Shown: positions 58,148 through 64,000 of the stretch, in pieces
Numbering within the stretch: position 1 is the stretch's first letter
Layout: every line of letters begins with the position of its first letter
DNA from: Eledone cirrhosa
Lineage: Eukaryota
Assembly (NCBI GenBank): GCA_964016885.1
Contig: OZ024743.1
Coordinates: 58,342,001-58,406,000 of the forward strand
Direction: 5' to 3'
Length of the DNA: 64,000 nt
Program-made: the position numbers and the translations under genes
The notes under the pieces: model-generated
The model's database searches: none
Seen by the model: the letters and a program-made list of their open reading frames with translations, nothing else
What the model was told of the DNA's origin: nothing

Positions 58148-61100
58148 TATAAGGAAATGCGTGACCGTAAATGGGGGACTTAGAAGTATGATATAGACAT
58201 AGTAATTTGCATACTACACAATTTGTCATATATCAAAATTAAAATGCAACATGACTGCTAATAATATGAAAATCTCTTTCATTCTCTTCCTCTCAGACGC
58301 ATACACACATACGCACGTTTGTTTGTTTGCGTACGTATGTGTGTGTATGTGTATGTACTTGTTTATGTGTGTGCCTGTGTATGTTCTTGTAAATGAATTT
58401 AACAAATTATATAAAAATATATTTATATATATACTTTGTAACCTAAAATATTAACAATTTTACAATTGAAATGTTACCTGGATTGAACCTCCTCCATCAC
58501 CTCTAGATGTAGACAAGAACGTCTCAGGTAGTCCTATTGCCTTTGCCATCCAGTCTAAAACTATGACTTCCAGTTCGGTGGCTGAAGGTGAAGATTTCTG
58601 AAGTATAACATATTAAAGCTAAGTTTGCTTACGAAGCAATGGGAAATTTGAAAATTGAAATATAATGAACAATCGCTCGGCAGATTTTACGGGCAAAACC
58701 AAATACAGCTCCGATACTATGGGCATGTGGTTAGAATGTCCCAGGAAAGAATCGCTGGTTAGATTTTACGGGAAAATCCAACTGGCAGGAGACCCAGGGG
58801 TAGACCTCAAGCAAGATGGCTGGATAACATCCATGAACTTAGCTGGTCTCTCTTGGGGATCCAGCCGGATCAGTTGGAAACGGTTGCTTCTGACAAGACC
58901 CGCTGCAAGGAGTGTTTGGGGACTCTGCTCCCACGACCCTCACGTGGAAGAAGAAGAAGAAGAAGAAAAAGAAGAAGAATGCATATAACTAATCACACAT
59001 GAAGTGATTTATCCCACGTGGATGGACAGTTGAGAAAGAAATTAGCACCTAATTACATTTATTACACGGTCTAATCACTATAGTTATTGCATAAGTGTAT
59101 CATTTAATCTTCATACCATTAATTCAATATTGTTTTATATACGAAGCTTTTAGAGATAAAGTCCCCTCTTTGTTTTCCTAGGTTACTACCATAAGACGAA
59201 CACTGGTTAATATCCTAGCTCAATGGAATGCAGATCTCTTTAAATGTTTGGCTCTGTGATTTATTAATTGCCACAGGGACCTCAGTTCTTTGTAAATGGT
59301 TAAGTTTAGCAGACGGTTAATTTCACTGAAACGTATCGTTAAATAACTGACCATTTTTCAAAGAATGCCTTTTAGTTAATTTTAAAAGAAAGAAACCTAC
59401 AATCCTTGCTCCACTCTTTACTACCCTCACATATATTAATCAATATTTCTACAGATGACGACACTTCAGCGGCATTTACAGTTCTCAGTATACTGTATTG
59501 CATGTGATTAGATGCTAGTAAATAGCTTTACCTTTCTACTGCCCCACCCCTCTCTCGCTCTCTCGTTCGCTCTCCCTCTCTCTTTCTCGCGCTCTCTCTC
59601 ATTTCCTCTTCCTCCGGTCACGCAATATACTGTATGTAACTAGCGTTCTCTTTATTCTCACTATTACCGTTATCAATTTCCGTCTGATAAAAACACTATT
59701 ACCTCCCAACCCCGAAATACCTGTATGTAAATAAGTATATTAATATGATAAATATTTCCTATAATGGAATCAAAACAAGTAACGTGTATATGACTTACCC
59801 AAGATATTACTACATTCACAAATGTATCTGTAAGCATTTCCGCCAGAATTGCTGCGTAAGATGTTTGAGCTGGTAAGTAACCAACGAAGTTAGGATGTAG
59901 CCAGTGACATAGCTGTTGGGTGAGACGTAGTATGACTTATAGAATCAAAGTCTCGGTATTGCAATTACTATAGCCATATCACATGTAACTATTTACCTGT
60001 GTAAATTATCAGAACTACACAATCAAAATCTGAAATGCAGGTTTATCTATTGGGGATTTCAAACAAAATCATGGAGAATCATATTCAGAAAAGAGCAAAT
60101 GTATATGCATGCCTATGTTGCGTGTGTGATGCATGTGAATATATGCGCTGCGTGTGTATGTGTGTATGCTGCGTGTGTAAGAATATATGAATTACAAATA
60201 ATGTGTATTCGTGTGAATAAATAGGATATGTTTCAAGACATTTTGAAATATTTCCAGTTAACAATGGCATAATTAGCAAGAAAACTTTCCTTCCTCTTAG
60301 TATGTATATTTATTCCAAGAGATAAATTCCTAACATCAATTTATCTCGTTTTGTTTTTAGCAAGAGGTAACCATTGCGACAAGGCAAACAGTAATTAAAT
60401 TTTAATAACCTGCAAAGATTTTGCAGAAAATATCTAAAAACTTACTTGCTAATTCAAATATTTGTAGTATATTTCCTAGCGGACAGATAGTTGTGAAAGT
60501 TTGCAGTATTAGATTAAAGACTCGTTTTTAATGTTACAGAAGCATAATGTTATTTTTTTACTATACTCAAATGGCTTGCCAATGAAATATCATGGGGTAC
60601 ATGTTGCTAAAACGAAAACCTCTTTTGCGTACAGCACACATCACTCCTTGTTATGGCAATATAGTTAACAACAGTATAGGAAAATAAACTAAAATGAATT
60701 TACGTATTAACTGTGTATTATATTTCGTCTTTCACTAATTTGCATATATATGTAAATGTTTATTTGATGGGCAAATTTCCTGAATTAAATACGAGGACAA
60801 AATTTCGTGACTCTTGTGTATTGCAACATTCAGCCACAACGAATGATAGAGAAAACAAATAAAATACTATTAAGTATATATTCTATCATTCATCATTATT
60901 TCACCACATCATAACTTATATAATAAAGTCGCTTGTGTGTCCATGAGACCTCCATAGTTCACAGGGTGTTTAGCGTGACAGTGTGTAACAGAGCTGACTC
61001 TACAAATTAGAGGTATGACGAATTTTTGCCAGATTATTGAACTGGAGTAACGTGAAATAAGGTGTCTGGCTGAAACACACAACGCGCCGTTGGAAATCAG

Positions 61101-61396
61101 ACATATTACATTACGTATGATTGTGAACCGAACACCCTAACCTATAAGCTACGCACCTTTCCTTAAAGTGTATTACAGTATCGAAAACTCACCCCTGGCA
61201 TAATCACTTTTTCGATATCATTAAAAACATCTTTCCATGTATCTGCAAATTCTGGAGCTTTTTGTGGTATTAAATGTCGCATAAAACCAGGTTTAACATT
61301 AGGGTAAACCTTTCTACTTTTAAGATTATCAAAATAGTCGATTATATATTTTGCTACTTCATTAGCAGCATTTATGAAATTTTGATCGCTTTCCAT
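38536..61396 (-). CDS. DDC-like: Aromatic L-amino-acid decarboxylase family gene, copy A (complete; 12 coding exons, 481 aa)
   Basis: Hand-spliced exons 61193-61396, 59799-59912, 58478-58597, 54726-54860, 46097-46240, 44982-45048, 44573-44667, 43980-44047, 43313-43403, 41205-41303, 40263-40364 and 38536-38742 give one open 1446-nt frame with GT-AG introns. Motifs: [53 protein letters not shown] (PLP Lys), [35 protein letters not shown]. Confidence 0.95.
40263..40364 (-). CDS. DDC-like: DDC-like A exon 11 ([34 protein letters not shown])
   Basis: gccag| ... AAA|GTAAGT; 102 nt. Confidence 0.95.
41205..41303 (-). CDS. DDC-like: DDC-like A exon 10 ([33 protein letters not shown])
   Basis: tttag| ... 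AAT|GTGAG; 99 nt. Confidence 0.95.
42030..42940 (-). mobile_element. Old R4/Dong 3' fragment
   Basis: [10 protein letters not shown]; AGAGAGTCGGTTTCTAA 3'UTR shared with ~6290; begins at a TATG repeat. Confidence 0.75.
43313..43403 (-). CDS. DDC-like: DDC-like A exon 9 ([30 protein letters not shown])
   Basis: tttag| ... ACG|GTAAG; 91 nt; catalytic-loop Tyr in PTYL. Confidence 0.92.
43980..44047 (-). CDS. DDC-like: DDC-like A exon 8 ([23 protein letters not shown])
   Basis: ttgcag| ... TG|GTACG; 68 nt; Schiff-base Lys in PHKW. Confidence 0.95.
44445..44556 (+). mobile_element. 5'-truncated tRNA/Nin-type SINE in copy A intron 7
   Basis: GCCGAGGTTAACTTTGCCTTTCATCCTTTCGGGGTCGATAAAATAAAGTACC. 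Confidence 0.8.
44573..44667 (-). CDS. DDC-like: DDC-like A exon 7 ([32 protein letters not shown])
   Basis: acag| ... AGT|GTAAGT; 95 nt; contains the PLP-binding Asp. Confidence 0.95.
44982..45048 (-). CDS. DDC-like: DDC-like A exon 6 ([22 protein letters not shown])
   Basis: tttcag| ... T|GTAAGT; 67 nt. Confidence 0.95.
45095..45300 (+). mobile_element. RTE-like LINE 3' fragment with (GAA)n tail (other copies at ~50515-50790 and ~58665-58980)
   Basis: GHV.RM...GRP.T..LDNIH..SWSRL.I coding remnant ending in a GAAGAA repeat, seen in three places. Confidence 0.7.
46097..46240 (-). CDS. DDC-like: DDC-like A exon 5 ([14 protein letters not shown]...KGLIPFY)
   Basis: ttccag| ... TAC|GTAAGT; 144 nt; contains the PLP-stacking His. 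Confidence 0.95.
46350..47531 (+). mobile_element. Tx1/L1-type LINE 3' fragment ending AATAAAGAAA-(TCTA)n
   Basis: NGELGMP, zf-RVT-like [24 protein letters not shown]; paralogous to ~49470-50340. Confidence 0.85.
47532..47648 (+). repeat. (TCTA)n microsatellite between two Tx1 copies
   Basis: Direct reading. Confidence 0.95.
47649..50340 (+). mobile_element. Tx1/L1-type LINE ORF2 (end of APE, RT, CCHC), degenerate
   Basis: [59 protein letters not shown]...[10 protein letters not shown]. Confidence 0.9.
51400..53105 (+). mobile_element. Penelope-like (Naiad-like) element, 5'-truncated
   Basis: [56 protein letters not shown]. Confidence 0.9.
53029..53078 (+). ncRNA. Minimal type I hammerhead ribozyme (identical to 26790-26839)
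   Basis: CCATTACGAGCTGAGGATCCGCTAAGGTGAAACAATTGTTCTCGGTATGG. Confidence 0.8.
54726..54860 (-). CDS. DDC-like: DDC-like A exon 4 ([16 protein letters not shown]...KLIAYKSTE)
   Basis: ccag| ... GAG|GTATG; 135 nt. Confidence 0.95.
55705..56440 (+). mobile_element. CRE-clade non-LTR retrotransposon 3' fragment (restriction-like endonuclease) with pentanucleotide tail
   Basis: [36 protein letters not shown]...AE..K..KY...PLAVETSG..G; (TACAC/TATAC)n at ~56330-56440. Confidence 0.8.
56980..57170 (+). mobile_element. tRNA/Nin-type SINE, full length
   Basis: Same family; flanking repeat TTATTATATTTAC. Confidence 0.85.
57077..57499. repeat. Fold-back inverted duplication centred on (TA)n
   Basis: 57077-57284 is reverse-complementary to 57311-57499, with one ~18-nt deletion in the second arm. 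Confidence 0.88.
58478..58597 (-). CDS. DDC-like: DDC-like A exon 3 ([40 protein letters not shown])
   Basis: ttcag| ... CAG|GTAAC; 120 nt. Confidence 0.95.
59799..59912 (-). CDS. DDC-like: DDC-like A exon 2 ([38 protein letters not shown])
   Basis: cag| ... TGG|GTAAGT; 114 nt. Confidence 0.95.
61193..61396 (-). CDS. DDC-like: DDC-like A exon 1 (MESDQNF...IEKVIMPG)
   Basis: ATG at 61396; 204 nt; donor GGG|GTGAGT. Confidence 0.93.
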
Positions 61397-62223
61397 GTTG
61401 CTTATTTTCAGGTGGGATCTTTTTATAATATACCCTCTTGGAATCTCTTATATACTGATATTGGTGTATTTATTAACAGTGATTTACGTTTCTTTCGTAT
61501 ACGTAATGTGATTGCGTAACAATTACATCATAGTCTTCGAATAAAAAAATATTGTTTAGTTTTCTATAAATTTGAAACTAAACATGTACAGTAATGAAAT
61601 TATTAAAATAAAATTGTCAAAACCATTTGAACAAAGACTGTGTATTTTAGGAAGCTGAACCCTAAAAATGCAATTATTGTTTTACCAAATTCGCACATAT
61701 TATTAACATACTGAAGAGGACCTATATTGTGATTTTATGCCAATATAACTTACTCTTGAATGTTGGTTTTATACAACTTTCTTTTATATTTATATAATCG
61801 TAGTTTTCCTGCATTTGAAGCTTTTTTTTAACATAAACAATTTTAATGCATTTTGTTTACATTACTGGCAGGTAAAATTTGCAAAACAAATCTGACGTTG
61901 TTGGTAAAGAAAAATCTTGTTCACGTTGAATTTTCTGCTGTAATATTCTCATTATTGTTTCTGTACATATAAGTCTCTACTTCCCTCCTCCTTCTCTCTC
62001 TATATATATTTATATTTATGTATGTATGTATCAATGAGTGTATGTGTGTATACATGTATGCGTGTATGTATGAATGTATGTATGTGTGTATGAATGTATC
62101 TATGTTTGTACGAATATTTGAATGTATGTATGTATGTATGTTTTCATATATGTATGTATGAATGTATGTATATATTTATGTATGTATGTAAGAATGTATG
62201 TACGTATGTATGTGGGTATGTAT

Positions 62224-63336
62224 CTAGGGCGGGTAAAATTCCTGAGATCCATGGACGAGTTCTCTCCAGCGGTCTCTGTCCGTCATTATCGCTGCCATGT
62301 CCTGCGTCTCCAACAGACCAGTGTCTGTCCTTAGGGCATCAACATACGTTAACCTTGGTCTTCTTCTTCCAGTGTGTCCATGTAGGGGCTCCCACAGGAG
62401 CACTGATTGCAATGTCAACTCTGGATGTCGGTGAGCATGTCCAGCTAACCTCAGTCTCCTCTGTATCACTTTTGAGCTGACTTTTGGGAGGCTCCCATAC
62501 AGCTCTGAGTTTTTCATACTCAGTGTATACTGATTAATGTTCAGAGCCATCCTCAGCATTCTCGTGTAGCACCCCATCCACCATCTGAGTGAGTTTCTTG
62601 GTCAGTGTCCAAGTCTCAGACCCGTAGAGCACAGACTCCACTACAGCGATGAAGAGGCGGATTTTCAAGTCTTTACGACGGTCCGACTTCACACCGATCT
62701 CAAGCCTTCCTGCGGTCATGGTTTTCATTGACTTTAGGAAGGGCTTTGATTCTGTGGACCGTCTCTGCCTGATGAAGTTCTTACAGGCTTATGGAAACCC
62801 CAAGAAGATAGTGGACCTGATATCACTGATAACACCAAAGCCCAAGTCATTACACCTGATGGGATGACAGAGTTCTTTGAGATACTGGCTGGAGTGCTCC
62901 AGGGAGATACATTGGCTCCCTACCTTTCTATCATCATAGTGGACTATTGTATGCGCCTTGCACTGTAGAAACACCAGGGTCTGGCTTTACTGTAGCACCG
63001 GCTCAGAGCAGGAGAGTTAAAGCGAAAAAGATATCAGATGCTAAATTTGCCGACGACATAGTTTTGGTGACAAATACAGTGAAGGAGGCAGAGGATTTGA
63101 TGGAGGAGGTTGAGACTGTGTCGATGAGTGTAGGGCTGAGAATGAATGAGACTAAAACAAAATATCTGGTAGAGAATGTTGAGAAGCCAGAGGGGATCAC
63201 TAATGTAGGCGGGAAGCCGCTAGAATTGGTTGAGGACTTCCTGCATTTGGGACCAAAGATTGGGAATACGGAAGATGATGTGGTTGAGAGGAAGAGCAAA
63301 GCCAGGGCGGCGTCCCACAGCTTGAGATCGGTGTGA
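62224..63336 (-). mobile_element. RTE-like LINE with 5' inversion (3' part 62224-62705 minus; RT part 62706-63336 plus)
   Basis: Plus part: FIDFRKGFDSV, GVLQGDTLAP, FADDI. Minus part: VLYGSETWTL, RRLRLAGH..RH, DRDRWR. (TATG)n on both flanks. Confidence 0.85.
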
Positions 63337-63351
63337 GTATGTATGTATGTA

Positions 63352-63830
63352 TTCTGGTTTTATAATTTCACAAAGTTTTACCAATAGAGAGAGAGTCGGT
63401 TTCTAACATAGACACAAGACTCTCACATTGGAATTTACACAACATGCACTAGGTAGATATGTAAGTATGCATGCATGTGTAGATATGGATGTTATTGTAT
63501 GTGTGGATGTGTATGTTTTGAGTTGTATGTGTGCATGTGCATATGCTTTGCATCTGTACATGTGTATATGCAGTTATTAGATGCAAAATGTTTGGAATGT
63601 TTTACATATTTTTACTGTTCCATTAATGGATTGTACTTGTAATTTCCTAACTAGTTGTGTTCTTTCTGTTCCTGTGAAGCCTAGCTTCTCAAGATTTGAG
63701 GCAGTTACTAACATACCCCAGTGCCCCAATAATCACAGGCATAAATCTGAAGGTGTAATCAGAGTGGAGTATCTGCAGATTTCTCAGCAGTTCTGAGTAA
63801 ATATTCTCCTTTTCACTAATCTTTGATATT
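63352..63830 (-). mobile_element. R4/Dong 3' fragment
   Basis: Highly similar to 6249-6730; preceded by GTATGTATGTATGTAT. Confidence 0.88.
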
Positions 63831-64000
63831 ATATGTTAAAACAATGAAATAAAAAATCAAGTCATCAGAAATATACTTCACTGCTTTACGATCGTTTCTA
63901 GGTGATGATAATACATCGTAACTATGCCTCGTTATCGATCTATGTGAGGTTAGTTACAAAATATCAAATAAGGAGAAATAAGAAACGATCGTGAAGCAGT

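Overview
AT-rich, microsatellite- and retroelement-dense animal DNA. An octopod cephalopod is inferred from the tRNA/Nin-type SINE and the repeat spectrum. The window holds two head-to-tail, minus-strand, intron-containing paralogs of the PLP-dependent aromatic L-amino-acid decarboxylase (DDC/AADC, group II) family. Copy A is complete: 12 coding exons, 61396->38536, 1446 nt, 481 aa, all GT-AG. Copy B shows exons 1-7 (35866->3707) and runs off the left edge. The two are only about 59% identical over 293 aligned residues by hand count. They keep the catalytic core where it is visible but have strongly remodelled substrate and PLP pocket residues, so they may be decarboxylases with new specificity. 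The introns are filled with Penelope-like elements (Naiad- and Neptune-type) carrying minimal hammerhead ribozymes, including U9 variants. They also hold an R4/Dong LINE in (TACA)n, RTE LINEs with (TATG)n tails and triple C2H2 fingers, tandem Tx1/L1 at (TCTA)n, a CRE fragment, SINEs with TSDs, mariner and hAT remnants, and several long fold-back inverted repeats. Human DDC residue numbers and exon sizes are quoted from memory and need alignment to confirm.
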